Origin: Planctomycetes bacterium UBA1146
Lineage (GTDB): Bacteria; Planctomycetota; UBA8108
Length of the DNA stretch: 64,000 nt
NCBI GenBank assembly: GCA_963579555.1
Contig: CAUZHA010000002.1
Location: forward strand, 4,307-68,306
Direction: 5' to 3'
The translations under genes were made by a program, and so were the position numbers. Below are positions 29,970 to 40,060 of this stretch, piece by piece (position 1 is the stretch's first letter; every line of letters begins with the position of its first letter). The notes below the pieces were generated by a model. It searched no databases. It saw only the letters and a list, made by a program, of their open reading frames with translations, and had not been told where the DNA came from.

Positions 29970-32900
29970 TTAGCGGGTGTAAAGGAACTCGCTCGACATG
30001 AGCATTGTATGACAGAGCGATTGCCAGTCCGCCAGGGGAAGTTTCTCGAGGTCGGTCTGTCCACGTACGGTGTCCAGAAGTTTTTCAGCCGCCAGGAGAT
30101 CGTCTTCCACGGGCAGGCGGCCGAGCAATGATTCGTAAAGGTAGCTGAGGCGCTCACGGTCGGTCTTGAGAGCTGCGGTGACATTTTTCGCGATGTCCGC
30201 AGCTAGCTCGTTCATCCACGGATTGTTCATCAGGAACAGAGCCTGGGTTGGAACGGTGGTGGTGGTGCGGTTGCCGGCCGGTGCCGCCGGGTTGGGGAAA
30301 TCAAAGAGCGTGAAGAGCTTGTAAACATTGGTTCGAATAATGGGCAGATAGACGGAGCGCCGCCGGCTCGATTCGTAAAAGGCCCGGTTCTGCCGCAGGT
30401 TTTCCGGCGAGGGGTCCTGGGAGCGAACCTTGCTGGTTGGTCCTCCCCCGAGCGTCCGGTCAAGACGCCCGGCGGTGAAGAGAAAGGCATCGCGGATGAT
30501 TTCCGCCTCGAGCCGTTGTGGTTGGAATCTCCAATACCAGCGGTTCTCAGGGTCGATGTCGGCGCTTTCCGGGGCATAGGAGCCGCTCATCCGGTAGGTG
30601 TGAGAGGAGACGATATACCGGTTGAGCTTCTTGATGGACCATTTGAATTTGATCAGCTTGAGGGCGAGGTGATCGAGCAATTTCGGATGGGATGGTTGTT
30701 CGCCTGAGTGGCCGAAGTTCTCGGTGGTCTTCACCAGGGCCCGTCCGAAATGCCAGCGCCAGATCCTGTTGGCGATGACGCGGGCGGTCAGGGGATTCGA
30801 GGGAGAGACGATGGAGTTCGCCAGCCGCAGCCGTCCGCTCTGGCCTTTCGGATATTCCGCCTGCCCGGGTCCTTCGACAATAGTCAGGAATCGCCGTGGA
30901 ACAACGGGGCCTTTCTGGAGGTGATTTCCGCGGATGTAGACGGGGTGGTCGGTTGCCGAGCCGTCTCTCACGGCCATCACGGTGATAGCTGGAATATCCT
31001 TCGCCCTGTCCTCCAGCATGCCGATGGACCGGGTGAGGGCGGTGACGGCTTGTTGTTCGCCCGGGGAATAGTGCGTGGTTGTGTGGCGGTAGGGGGTGAA
31101 GGGGCCCTGTTTCCCGGTGAGGGCCCGGTGGAGCGGTTCGAGCATCGGGATGCGGTCTTCAGCCAGTGCCGCGGTAACCAGCAGCCCGGCCCGGGCTGCG
31201 AACTCACCGGGAATTTTCGGGACCGGGGTGAGCAGCTTCCTGGAGATGGGATTGCCCGGCTTACGTTTGGCGAGAGAGTCTTTGTTTCCCGCCAAGAAAT
31301 TCTCGTTCCCGTGGCTGAGATTGTTCAACAGGTAGAAGGGGGCGTTCGATTTGTCCTGGGTAGCGATGAACCGGGCCCATTGGTGAAGCGCTCCGAGATC
31401 GAGCTTGTTTTCGCTGGCCAGCCGCGCGGGCGAGGGGAGCTTGCGAGTGCCGGGGACCGGAGGAACCAGGCGCAGCTGGTCGAGGTGAGAGACGGCTCCT
31501 TTTCGTTCGAATCGCAGGGTGTGCTGGCCTGCGGCCAGCTCGAGCTCGAGCTCGAGCTGCCATCTCTGGTGGGGTGCCCCCCAGCCGCCGCTGGTGCGGG
31601 CCATCGCTTTTTCCGAGAGGACCTTGCCATCGACGGACAGGACCATCGGTCGCGACGCGAGCGCGGCGTAGCGCAGCAGGAGGGAATAGGCGCCGTCAAC
31701 GGGCGCCTCGATGTCGTATTCCATGAAATAAACGCTGGCGGTATTCGAGGGGTCCGAGATGTAGACCACGTCATCTGCTGTGTAGGGCTTGACGTTTCCT
31801 CTCTGGAAGCTCTCGGCCTGGATTGCCGGGGAGGAAAGTGGCGCTATCCGGGCTACCACGAGCTTGTCGAGGTGAGACATGAGGCCGGTGGCCTCGAAGC
31901 GCAGGATGTTCCTGCCCGCCTTGAATTTGTAGCGCCCCTCGACAAACCACTTCTGGCTGTCGGGGTACCAGGTGCCGGTCACCTGCTCCATGCTCTTTTC
32001 GTTGACGACCTTGTCGTTGATCGAGAGCTTTCCGGGACGGGAAGCCTCGGCTGCATAGCGGAACTCAACCTGGTAGATCCCCTCTTCAGGCAATTCGATA
32101 TCGTATTCGGCCCAGGTCAGCGGTGCCCCCTTGTCCGAGATGATGCCGATCCCCTTGCCATAGCGCTCATCCGGTCGCGCTGTGCCGCGGTCGTAGGTCT
32201 CCGCCTCGCGAAGGAGATGATGCAGGGAAAGCTGCTTGATGTTGACGGTGGAGGCCGCCGGTGTATAGGGGGCATCGGTTGTGTCGGCGAGGGCGAGCTG
32301 CAGGGCGACCGGGACAGAGTGCCGTTGCCATTCGAGCACACCGACCGCGTGCTGGAGATAGGCCGCGATATTCTCTTTCGCTTCTCTGGCGATCCGGGCG
32401 TCAGCTTTCGCGCGCAGCTTCTCGCTGTCTTTCTTGAAGCGATCGATTTCTTTCTGGAGCACCCGCCTCTCGCCGGAATCAAGCTTTCGATTGGCCAGGT
32501 CGGTACTCCTGAGCACTCCGGCCATGGCGTAATAGTCGGTCGTCGGAATCGGATCAAACTTGTGGTCGTGACAGCGGGCGCAGGCGACGGTCACACCCAG
32601 CAGCGAGCGGGAGATCGTATCGATCTGTTCGTCGATGATGTCGGATTGTTTCTTTTCTCCGTCCTTCTCGGCAGCAATCTTGATTCCCATGGCGAGATAG
32701 GTGGTCGCCGTCAGCCTCCGGTTGGTGATCGAGGCCTCGCCGGGGTCCGGCAGGAGGTCGCCCGCGAGCTGCTCACGGACAAACTCATCGAAGGGCCGGT
32801 CCTGGTTGAAGGCATCGATGACGTAGTTGCGGTAGTGGTAGGCGAGGGGATAGGACTTGTTTTCATCGGCGCCGTTGGAGTCGGCGTAGCGTACGACATC

Positions 32901-33698
32901 GAGCCAGTGACGCCCCCAGCGTTCGCCGTAGTGGGGTGAGGCCAGCAGCCGGGTAACGAGGTTCTGCCAGGCACGCGGGTCCTTGTCGTTGACGAAATCG
33001 TTGATCTCCGCGGAGGTAGGTGGGAGCCCGATGAGGTTAAAGGAGAGCCGGCGAATGAGCGTCCTGCGGTCCGCTTCACCCCGCGCCTGAAGCTTGTTGC
33101 TCCCCAGGCGGCTGGAGATGTAGCTGTCGATCGGATTTCGAATCACCGCGCGGGAATCGATCTCCCTGGCCGGGTAATCGGTCAGCGGCTTGAACGACCA
33201 GAAGCCGGCCTCTGCTTTCCAGTCGATCGTTGTTTCTGGAGCGGCTGCAGAGACCGGGCTTCCAAAGGAAGACGGTGCCGGGGCTCCCAGCCGGATCCAG
33301 CCTTCAAAGTCTTTCGCTACGGCCTCCGGCAGCTTTCCGCCCGGCGGCATCTTGAGCTCGTCGTACCTCAGCGCCGCGAGCACCAGGCTCTCTGCCGGAT
33401 TCCCGGGAGCGATGGCGGGCCCGGTTTCGCCTCCCTTGAGGAGTCCCTCCAGGCTGTCGACCCGCAGCTTGCCCTTGAGCTTCTTCGACCCGGCGGAGTG
33501 GCACTTGTAGCAACGCTCGACGAGCACCGGCCGGATTTTCTTCTCGAAGAGCTCGATGCCGGCTGTCTCGTCAAGAGCGCGGGCGCTGCCGGTGTTGAGG
33601 AATACAGCGACCAGCGCTACGGCAGAAAGAGTACGCAGGTTTCCCGCTCCCCGGATGCCGAATCGAGTTGTAAGCGCGGGTAGTTCAGACATGCTCAT
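29970..33698 (-). CDS. PSD1-type protein: Planctomycete cytochrome-c-like domain + DUF1549 + two internal repeat modules + DUF1553
   Basis: Signal peptide. CYKCH motif. CARCHDHKFDPIPTTDYY (DUF1549). Two about 85-aa internal repeats (…EFRYAAEASRPGKLSINDKVVNEKSMEQVTGTW… and …LLRYAALASRPMVLSVDGKVLSEKAMARTSGGW…). The C-terminal region is typical of DUF1553. Confidence 0.8.
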   Translation of the reverse strand: MSMSELPALTTRFGIRGAGNLRTLSAVALVAVFLNTGSARALDETAGIELFEKKIRPVLVERCYKCHSAGSKKLKGKLRVDSLEGLLKGGETGPAIAPGNPAESLVLAALRYDELKMPPGGKLPEAVAKDFEGWIRLGAPAPSSFGSPVSAAAPETTIDWKAEAGFWSFKPLTDYPAREIDSRAVIRNPIDSYISSRLGSNKLQARGEADRRTLIRRLSFNLIGLPPTSAEINDFVNDKDPRAWQNLVTRLLASPHYGERWGRHWLDVVRYADSNGADENKSYPLAYHYRNYVIDAFNQDRPFDEFVREQLAGDLLPDPGEASITNRRLTATTYLAMGIKIAAEKDGEKKQSDIIDEQIDTISRSLLGVTVACARCHDHKFDPIPTTDYYAMAGVLRSTDLANRKLDSGERRVLQKEIDRFKKDSEKLRAKADARIAREAKENIAAYLQHAVGVLEWQRHSVPVALQLALADTTDAPYTPAASTVNIKQLSLHHLLREAETYDRGTARPDERYGKGIGIISDKGAPLTWAEYDIELPEEGIYQVEFRYAAEASRPGKLSINDKVVNEKSMEQVTGTWYPDSQKWFVEGRYKFKAGRNILRFEATGLMSHLDKLVVARIAPLSSPAIQAESFQRGNVKPYTADDVVYISDPSNTASVYFMEYDIEAPVDGAYSLLLRYAALASRPMVLSVDGKVLSEKAMARTSGGWGAPHQRWQLELELELAAGQHTLRFERKGAVSHLDQLRLVPPVPGTRKLPSPARLASENKLDLGALHQWARFIATQDKSNAPFYLLNNLSHGNENFLAGNKDSLAKRKPGNPISRKLLTPVPKIPGEFAARAGLLVTAALAEDRIPMLEPLHRALTGKQGPFTPYRHTTTHYSPGEQQAVTALTRSIGMLEDRAKDIPAITVMAVRDGSATDHPVYIRGNHLQKGPVVPRRFLTIVEGPGQAEYPKGQSGRLRLANSIVSPSNPLTARVIANRIWRWHFGRALVKTTENFGHSGEQPSHPKLLDHLALKLIKFKWSIKKLNRYIVSSHTYRMSGSYAPESADIDPENRWYWRFQPQRLEAEIIRDAFLFTAGRLDRTLGGGPTSKVRSQDPSPENLRQNRAFYESSRRRSVYLPIIRTNVYKLFTLFDFPNPAAPAGNRTTTTVPTQALFLMNNPWMNELAADIAKNVTAALKTDRERLSYLYESLLGRLPVEDDLLAAEKLLDTVRGQTDLEKLPLADWQSLCHTMLMSSEFLYTR

Positions 33699-33805
33699 AT
33701 TCTACTGAAACCCGGGCCCTGGGAAAAATCCTAATGACCGGGAAGCGGTCGATGGTTCGATGGTTGATTCCAGGTTTTGGTCCGGGAGTGTTGTGTGAAG
33801 CGAAC

Positions 33806-34756
33806 CTAGGGCAGGTCGGTATTGCCGCCGGTGAGGATGGTCACGACCCGCAGGCCGGCGAGCTCCTCACAGCCGAGGAGGGCCGCGACGCCTGCCGCTC
33901 CCGAGGGCTCCACCAGGAGCTTGGCGCGCTCCAGGAGCAGGCGCTGGGCGCGCAGGATCGAGTCATCGTCGACCAGCAGGACCCTGTCGACGTGTTCGAG
34001 TGCCGCCTCGAGCGTCAGCTTGCCGGGGGCCATCGGCTTCAGACCATCGGCGATGGTTCCCGGGACCTTCTCGAGAGTGACGATCTCACCGGCCTCGATC
34101 GACAGCGCCATGGCGTTCGCCTCGGCCGGCTCGACCGCGATGACGCGGGTCGATGGGTTTCTGTTTGACAGCGCGATGGCCACGCCGGCGAGCAGGCCGC
34201 CTCCGCCGGTCGGCACCAGGATCGCATCGACCTCCGGCAGCTCATCGATAATCTCGAGGCCGGTGGTCCCCTGGCCGGCGATCACATCCGGATGATCGAA
34301 GGGGGGGATGACCAGGCTGCCGTTTTCTGCGGAGAGCTCCAGGGCTCGCTGGTGCCTGTCGGTCGAGGTGAGCCCGGCGATCTCGAGCCTGGCTCCGTAG
34401 GCCTCGATGGCGGCCCTCTTGACCGCCGGGATGTCCTCCGGGACTACGATCGCCGCGTCGATGCCAAGCGTTCTCGCGGCCAGGGCGACCGCCTGCCCGT
34501 GGTTGCCCGATGAGAAGGTGATGACTCCCGCCCCGGGCATCCTCTCCTCCTCCATCGCCCGCAGGCAGGCGTTCATGGCACCGCGGAACTTGAAGGCCCC
34601 GGCCTTCTGCAGGTTCTCGCATTTGAGCCAGACGTCCGTGTTCGAGAGCTCGCCGATCGACCGGCTGCTCAGCAGGGGTGTCCAATGCGCGTGCGCCCCG
34701 ATACGGTTCCTAGCGGCCTCGATCGCGAGGAGATCTGGAAGCTGGAGATCCGGCAT
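33806..34756 (-). CDS. PLP-dependent threonine/serine dehydratase (serine racemase-like) family protein
   Basis: PLP lysine motif KCENLQKAGAFKFRGA. SGNHGQAVALAA. Glycine-rich PTGGGGLLAGVA loop. Confidence 0.75.
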   Translation of the reverse strand: MPDLQLPDLLAIEAARNRIGAHAHWTPLLSSRSIGELSNTDVWLKCENLQKAGAFKFRGAMNACLRAMEEERMPGAGVITFSSGNHGQAVALAARTLGIDAAIVVPEDIPAVKRAAIEAYGARLEIAGLTSTDRHQRALELSAENGSLVIPPFDHPDVIAGQGTTGLEIIDELPEVDAILVPTGGGGLLAGVAIALSNRNPSTRVIAVEPAEANAMALSIEAGEIVTLEKVPGTIADGLKPMAPGKLTLEAALEHVDRVLLVDDDSILRAQRLLLERAKLLVEPSGAAGVAALLGCEELAGLRVVTILTGGNTDLP

Positions 34757-34804
34757 GGGGTTCAGTCTTTCCTTGCTTCTCCCGGGCGCGGGAGGCCGTT
34801 CTTT

Positions 34805-35884
34805 TCAGGGGCCGTCCGTGATCGTTATCACGGATCTGTATTGTCCATCGACACCCGCGGGCTCGTAATCGAAGGGCTGGATCGCGAGGTACAGCCTGCC
34901 GGTGGCCCTGGACCGCAGGCGATATTTCTTGCCGGCCTTGAAGGGCTTGCCGCTCTTGCCGATCTTTCCGACCAGCGAGAGCATGGGAAATCCCTGGTTC
35001 GATTTGAAGGTGGAGTAGCGATTGGTTCCGTCCGGGTTGGCGGCCAGGCTCCAGCTCCCGATCGAGGTCTCGCCGCTGGATTTGATGGTGAGCAGCTTGT
35101 TTTTGCCGACATCCATCCTGGTATCGAGCCAGGTCCCCGAGGGTTGGAAGCTGGGAGCGACATGAACTACGCGGTTGGTTCGCCCATCTGCTTTGAAGCG
35201 GATGGACTCCAGGTCCACGGCCTTGATGAGAAGTTCCCCATAGCGGGTCTTGAGCGGAAAGCCTTCGGTCAGGATTTCTCCCCTGAAGGTCATCAGCTCG
35301 GTATGGATTTCGTCCATGGCGCCGTTGTACTTGCCCGCACCGCGGCTCTTTTTTTTACCGGTCTTCTCGATCCTGGAGACAACCTCCAGGATTCCGGGGC
35401 GGGTCTCCTCTCCGGCTCCCTGGGCGAGCCGCTTGAGGATGGCCAGGGCGGGCTCACCAAGATTGACCATGGCATCGGCGGCGGCCTCTCTCTCGGGGGC
35501 GGCGCTCGAGCCGAGCCGCTCAACGAGGGCAGCTGTTTTTTTCTCCAGGGCGGGATCGATACGGGGGGCGAAGCGCACGGAGATGAGCTGCTCCCGGGGA
35601 ATTTTGAGGATGCCGTACCGGGTGCGAACGCTGATCGTTTCGAAGGCGGGCCGGGCCGGGATCCTTGCCTGGTCACGCAGGAGAAAGATGGGGAGACTTT
35701 CTTCTTCCACCGTCCGGGTCTTCGAGGGAGTCTTCGGGCCCGTTTCTTCCTTCGCCTCGGCTGCCTTGCGAAGGATCTCGGCGATCTTTCCGGCGTCCTG
35801 GCCCCAGCCGGGCCTGGCCGCCAGCAGCGCGCTTAAGAAAACCAGCGGGAGCAGGGCGCGTGAAGGAATCATCTCTCGCAGCAT
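34805..35884 (-). CDS. Hypothetical secreted protein
   Basis: Start chosen at the internal Met, which gives a signal peptide (MLREMIPSRALLPLVFLSALLAARPGWG). Natural-looking composition. The overlapping plus-strand ORF is G/R-rich noise. Confidence 0.5.
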   Translation of the reverse strand: MLREMIPSRALLPLVFLSALLAARPGWGQDAGKIAEILRKAAEAKEETGPKTPSKTRTVEEESLPIFLLRDQARIPARPAFETISVRTRYGILKIPREQLISVRFAPRIDPALEKKTAALVERLGSSAAPEREAAADAMVNLGEPALAILKRLAQGAGEETRPGILEVVSRIEKTGKKKSRGAGKYNGAMDEIHTELMTFRGEILTEGFPLKTRYGELLIKAVDLESIRFKADGRTNRVVHVAPSFQPSGTWLDTRMDVGKNKLLTIKSSGETSIGSWSLAANPDGTNRYSTFKSNQGFPMLSLVGKIGKSGKPFKAGKKYRLRSRATGRLYLAIQPFDYEPAGVDGQYRSVITITDGP

Positions 35885-36104
35885 CGAAGTCACCATGAAG
35901 GGTTCGGGGGGCCATGGTTCTCGGGCCGACGGAAGCCGCGAGTGACCTGTAGCCGGATCATAAGCTCCGCCGCGGGGGGGACACAGCATATTCTCCCCAT
36001 CCCGCCCCCCGGGGTTTTACGAGGCGGGATTCGAGGGGGATGCTCCCGGCGGGCGTTTCGGTTAACCTCAGCATGGTAGACAATCAGGGACAGGTACTGT
36101 TTTG

Positions 36105-37208
36105 ATGAATGATGTCGCGATCCTGGGTGGAGGAGTTGTCGGACTCTTCACGGCGCGCCGGCTGGCCCGCGAGGGCTGGAGGGTGACCCTCTTTGAGGCC
36201 CGCCAGCTGGGCGCCGGCGCGAGCGGTTCCGCTGTCGGGGTCCTGCCGGCCCCCAGGCTCTCACAGTCCGCTTTTTCGAGGCTGTCGCGAGAGGGAGGTG
36301 ACTCTTACGGGGCGATCGCGGCCGAGCTGCTCGAGGAGACGGGTATCGATACGGGCTATCGCTCCTGCGGTTGTATCCACCTTCGCCATGAGCTGCCGAG
36401 CGATCCGGAAAGAGAGCTGACCTTCTGGAAGAATTCCGGGGTGAAGGCATCCTGGTGCGGCCGCGACAGGATCGAGGAACTCATTCCCGGCTACGGCGGC
36501 GAAGAGACGTTCGGTCTCGAGCTCGACCGGGAGGCCATCATCGATCCGGCCTCCCTGCTGGCGGCCCTGCGCTCCTCCTGCCTGCGGCTCGGTGTCGAGC
36601 TGGTAGAGGAGACGGGCAGGCTGGAGCTGTCTGAAGAGTCAGGCCGGGCGGTCCTGCCTGAGCCCTGGTCTTCCCGCCCGGGCCCGCAGGCCCGGGTGGT
36701 TGTCGCCGCCGGTTCCTGGACCCCGCACGCCGTCGAACGGCTCGGCTCGCGCCGGGTGGATGTGGGGCCGGTGCGGGGCCAGGCGATCGAGTTGGAGCTT
36801 CCGCCGCCAGGCTGCGTGGTACACTTCGCCCTGGCCGGCTCCGGGAACGCCTACTACCTGGTTCCGAAACCGGGGGGCAGGACCTGGGTCGGCAGCACGG
36901 TCGAGGAGGCGGGCTACGATGAGTCGACCACGCCGCATGGTCTCGCCGAGCTGCTGGTCGCCGCGCGGACGATTCTTCCTGCGGCGACTGAAGATGTGGT
37001 GAGCAGGCAATGGGCCGGCCTGCGGCCGAAGGCGATGCGCCTGGGCGGTCCCTTCATCGGCAGGTGGCCCGGCATCGAAAATCTCTGGATCGCCGCGGGT
37101 AATTTCAAGACCGGCATCATCCAGGCCCCGGCGACCGCGCGGATCCTCTGTGATGCCATGACTGGCGGTGGAGAGATCGACGAGAGCTTCGCCCTGCTGG
37201 GCGGCTGA
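36105..37208 (+). CDS. FAD-dependent oxidoreductase (glycine oxidase ThiO / D-amino-acid oxidase-like)
   Basis: N-terminal dinucleotide fold VAILGGGVVGLFTARRLAREGWRVTLFE. Confidence 0.75.
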   Translation: MNDVAILGGGVVGLFTARRLAREGWRVTLFEARQLGAGASGSAVGVLPAPRLSQSAFSRLSREGGDSYGAIAAELLEETGIDTGYRSCGCIHLRHELPSDPERELTFWKNSGVKASWCGRDRIEELIPGYGGEETFGLELDREAIIDPASLLAALRSSCLRLGVELVEETGRLELSEESGRAVLPEPWSSRPGPQARVVVAAGSWTPHAVERLGSRRVDVGPVRGQAIELELPPPGCVVHFALAGSGNAYYLVPKPGGRTWVGSTVEEAGYDESTTPHGLAELLVAARTILPAATEDVVSRQWAGLRPKAMRLGGPFIGRWPGIENLWIAAGNFKTGIIQAPATARILCDAMTGGGEIDESFALLGG

Positions 37209-37299
37209 TCCTTTCGCGGAAGATTGATCCCGGGTCTTCGCGCGGGTAGGCTGTGGGGTACGGTTTCTTTGATCCCTTTTCCACTCCATGGAGTTTCCG

Positions 37300-38055
37300 A
37301 TGAGACCCACCCTGATGCTGACAATCCTCTGCGGCCTTTTCTTTACCACTGTCTGCGCTTCCTCCCCGGCGGAGGAAAAGCCCGTTCCCGGCTCCCAGGT
37401 CGCTCGCGAGGTGAAGGTGAAGGCCGCCGGCAAGGAGGTGACCGTACGCTATTGGCAGTTCGTTCCGAAGGGCTACGACGGCAAGAAGACGCTGCCCCTC
37501 ATGCTCTTTCTTCACGGGGCGGGCGAGCGCGGCAACAACCTCGAAAAGGTCAAGCAGTGGGGGCCGCCCAAGCTCGTCAGGAAGAGAAAAGATTTTCCGT
37601 TTGTGTTGATCTCTCCTCAATGTCCCAAGGGTACCTGGTGGAAGGTCGAGGATCTGTATCATCTGGTAAACCATGCCGCCGGTAAACTGAAGGTCGACCG
37701 GCGCCGAATGTACGTCACAGGTCTCAGCATGGGCGGCTTCGGTAGCTGGAACCTGATGGACCGCTATCCCGGATTTTTCGCCGCGGGGGTGCCGATCTGC
37801 GGGGGAGGGAACGCCGCCGGAGCCAGGAACCTGGTGAAGACTCCGATCTGGGCGTTTCATGGAGACGCAGATGGGGTGGTCAAGGCGGACCTCAGCAAAT
37901 TGATGATCAAGGCGATTGAGAAGGCCGGCGGCAAGAAGGCGAAGCTGACCCTCTACCCGGGCGTTGGGCACAACTCCTGGAGCAGGGCCTATGCCAATGA
38001 GGAAGTCTACAAATGGCTCCTTTCCCACAAGACCTCCGGTTCCACGAAAAAATAA
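37300..38055 (+). CDS. Secreted alpha/beta-hydrolase esterase (phospholipase/carboxylesterase-PHB depolymerase-like)
   Basis: Signal peptide. LFLHGAGERGNN. Nucleophile elbow GLSMGG. GGAG RBS 8 nt upstream of the chosen ATG. Confidence 0.7.
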   Translation: MRPTLMLTILCGLFFTTVCASSPAEEKPVPGSQVAREVKVKAAGKEVTVRYWQFVPKGYDGKKTLPLMLFLHGAGERGNNLEKVKQWGPPKLVRKRKDFPFVLISPQCPKGTWWKVEDLYHLVNHAAGKLKVDRRRMYVTGLSMGGFGSWNLMDRYPGFFAAGVPICGGGNAAGARNLVKTPIWAFHGDADGVVKADLSKLMIKAIEKAGGKKAKLTLYPGVGHNSWSRAYANEEVYKWLLSHKTSGSTKK

Positions 38056-38277
38056 GCCCGCGGGACCCCTTCGCTGCCCCCGATGGCTTGAAAAGGACAG
38101 AAAGCGGGTGTTCTTTCCATCTGTATCAAAAAGCGGCCTGAACCGTCCAGGAGCCCTGCTGGGCTGATTTTATAGATGTTTTCGATTTTGTGGTGTCGGG
38201 CTGGATCGCCCATCTGCGTTGCCTTTGGCCTGCGCAAAGTGTACAAACGATGGTTCGGATCTTGACGGTTACGACAA

Positions 38278-39447
38278 ATGAATAGCGACCAGCAGAAAAA
38301 CAACTCAGATCTTTCGCGTCGGCAGTTTCTCGTTCATTCCGCCGGTGTTGCTGGAGCCTCGATGGGGCTTCGTGCGACCCGAGCGGCGGATTCTTCCTGC
38401 TCTGAGGCCGAGGTTCGCCTGGGCTTCATCGGGCTTGGTGACCGGGGCCGGCAGCTCCTGGGCGCCGCCCTCGCTTCCGCCAATGCCCGGGTTACCGCGC
38501 TCTGCGACGTAGATCCCTCCAGGCTCAAGCGCTCTCTTCAGATCGCCAAGGGGAGGGAAGGCTCCGGGGCCGGGCCAAGGGGCTTTACGAATTACAGGGC
38601 CCTGCTTGATTGCAGGGATGTCGACGCGGTCGTCATCTCGACCCCCGTGCACCTGCATCTTTCCCACACCCTGACGGCGCTTGCCGCCGGGCGGCATGTC
38701 TACTGCGAGAAGCCCCTGGGGCTCACCGTGGAGGAGTGCCGGCAGCTGCGGCGCGCCTGTGCGGATGCCGAGGGACGCGGCCAGATCTATCAATGCGGTC
38801 TCCAGAGGCGCTACAACCCGCGCTACCGGGAGAGTGTTCGGTATGTCCAGGGCGGCGAGCCCGGAAGAATTCTCTTCGTGCGGGCCCAGTGGCATGGGAT
38901 TGCCAGCTCGAGAAAGAACAAGCCCTGGCTCTTCCGCCAGGAGAAATCAGGCGGCCTGGTCCTCGAGCAGGGAACCCATCAATTCGATGTCTTCAACTGG
39001 GTCTTCTCCTCCACTCCGGTGGCGGCGGTGGCCCTTGGCGGATTGAATCATTCCTCCGCCTCCGCCCCCCTGCAGGACACCATGGATCATTATGGAGCTG
39101 TCCTGGAATATCCCGGTGGCGCCAAGGTCCAGCTCAGCCACATGAACTTCTCGATTCCGGATCGCCGCTTTTCCGGCGCCTACGAGCTGGTGTTCTGCGA
39201 GAACGCCGGCGTCGACATGGCCAATGCCATGGCCTGGGATGCTTCCGGCAAGAGCCGCGAGCTGTGCCAGGTCCGCGGCAATGAGACCCACCTGGCGATG
39301 GCATCCTTCCTCGAGAGCCTGCTCGATGGGAAGAGGCCGGAGGCCGACATCGAGGTGGCCTACCGCGCGACGCTCTCAGCTCTCCTCTGCGCCCGGGCCA
39401 TGGAGAGCGAAGGCCGGGTCACCTGGGATGAGCTGGAGTCATCCTGA
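38278..39447 (+). CDS. Gfo/Idh/MocA family oxidoreductase (Tat signal)
   Basis: Tat motif SRRQFLVHSAGVAGA. Rossmann LGFIGLGDRG. The EKPL motif of the family. Confidence 0.75.
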   Translation: MNSDQQKNNSDLSRRQFLVHSAGVAGASMGLRATRAADSSCSEAEVRLGFIGLGDRGRQLLGAALASANARVTALCDVDPSRLKRSLQIAKGREGSGAGPRGFTNYRALLDCRDVDAVVISTPVHLHLSHTLTALAAGRHVYCEKPLGLTVEECRQLRRACADAEGRGQIYQCGLQRRYNPRYRESVRYVQGGEPGRILFVRAQWHGIASSRKNKPWLFRQEKSGGLVLEQGTHQFDVFNWVFSSTPVAAVALGGLNHSSASAPLQDTMDHYGAVLEYPGGAKVQLSHMNFSIPDRRFSGAYELVFCENAGVDMANAMAWDASGKSRELCQVRGNETHLAMASFLESLLDGKRPEADIEVAYRATLSALLCARAMESEGRVTWDELESS

Positions 39448-39466
39448 GGAGGAGCCGGAGCAGGTC

Positions 39467-40060
39467 ATGAGGATCACCAGGGTTACCACCGGCGATGGAG
39501 ATGAGGGAAACACGGGCCTGGGAGGCGGCCAGGTGGTGTCGAAGGACTCGCTGCGAATCGAGGCCCTCGGCGGAGTCGATGAATTGAACGCTCTCATTGG
39601 CCTGGCTCTCGCCGGAGAGCTCGCTGAGGATGTCGCTGAAGAGCTTGGCCTGGTTCAGAATGATCTCTTCGATCTCGGTGCGGATCTTGCCGTCCTGGAG
39701 ACCGATAAGCCGGCCGAGGACGCCTGTCGGATCGAGGGCGTCCAGGTCGATCGCCTGGGGAATAAGGTCGATGCGCTGCAGCGGGAGCTGGGCCCGCTGG
39801 AGGAGTTCATTCTGCCGGGGGGGTCGGCGGGCGCCGCGACCCTGCACCTGGCGCGCACGGTCTGCCGTCGGGCGGAGCGCGCGGCCGTCGCTCTCTGCGG
39901 GGAGGAGGTGATTGGCGCGCAGGTGATTCCTTACCTCAACAGGCTCTCGGACCTGTTCTTCGTGCTTGCCCGGAGGCAGAACCAGGCCGAGGGGGAACAG
40001 GAAACCTATTGGAGGAAGGGCGCCGCCGCCGACTCAGCCGCGCAGCAAACCGGTCAATAG
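39467..40060 (+). CDS. Cob(I)yrinic acid a,c-diamide adenosyltransferase, PduO-type
   Basis: MRITRVTTGDGDEGNTGLGGGQVVSKDSLRIEALGGVDELNALIG matches the PduO-type ATR N-terminus. GGAGG RBS upstream. Confidence 0.8.
   Translation: MRITRVTTGDGDEGNTGLGGGQVVSKDSLRIEALGGVDELNALIGLALAGELAEDVAEELGLVQNDLFDLGADLAVLETDKPAEDACRIEGVQVDRLGNKVDALQRELGPLEEFILPGGSAGAATLHLARTVCRRAERAAVALCGEEVIGAQVIPYLNRLSDLFFVLARRQNQAEGEQETYWRKGAAADSAAQQTGQ

Noticed and set aside
30708-32939. 743-aa plus-strand ORF
   Set aside because: Antisense to the DUF1549/DUF1553 gene, which has strong family motifs. Composition is G/R/D-rich noise.
34685-35836. 383-aa plus-strand ORF
   Set aside because: Overlaps the minus-strand secreted protein, which has a clear signal peptide and natural composition. 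The plus frame is G/R/L-rich.
37117-38028. 303-aa minus-strand ORF
   Set aside because: Antisense to the esterase gene, which has a GLSMGG nucleophile elbow.
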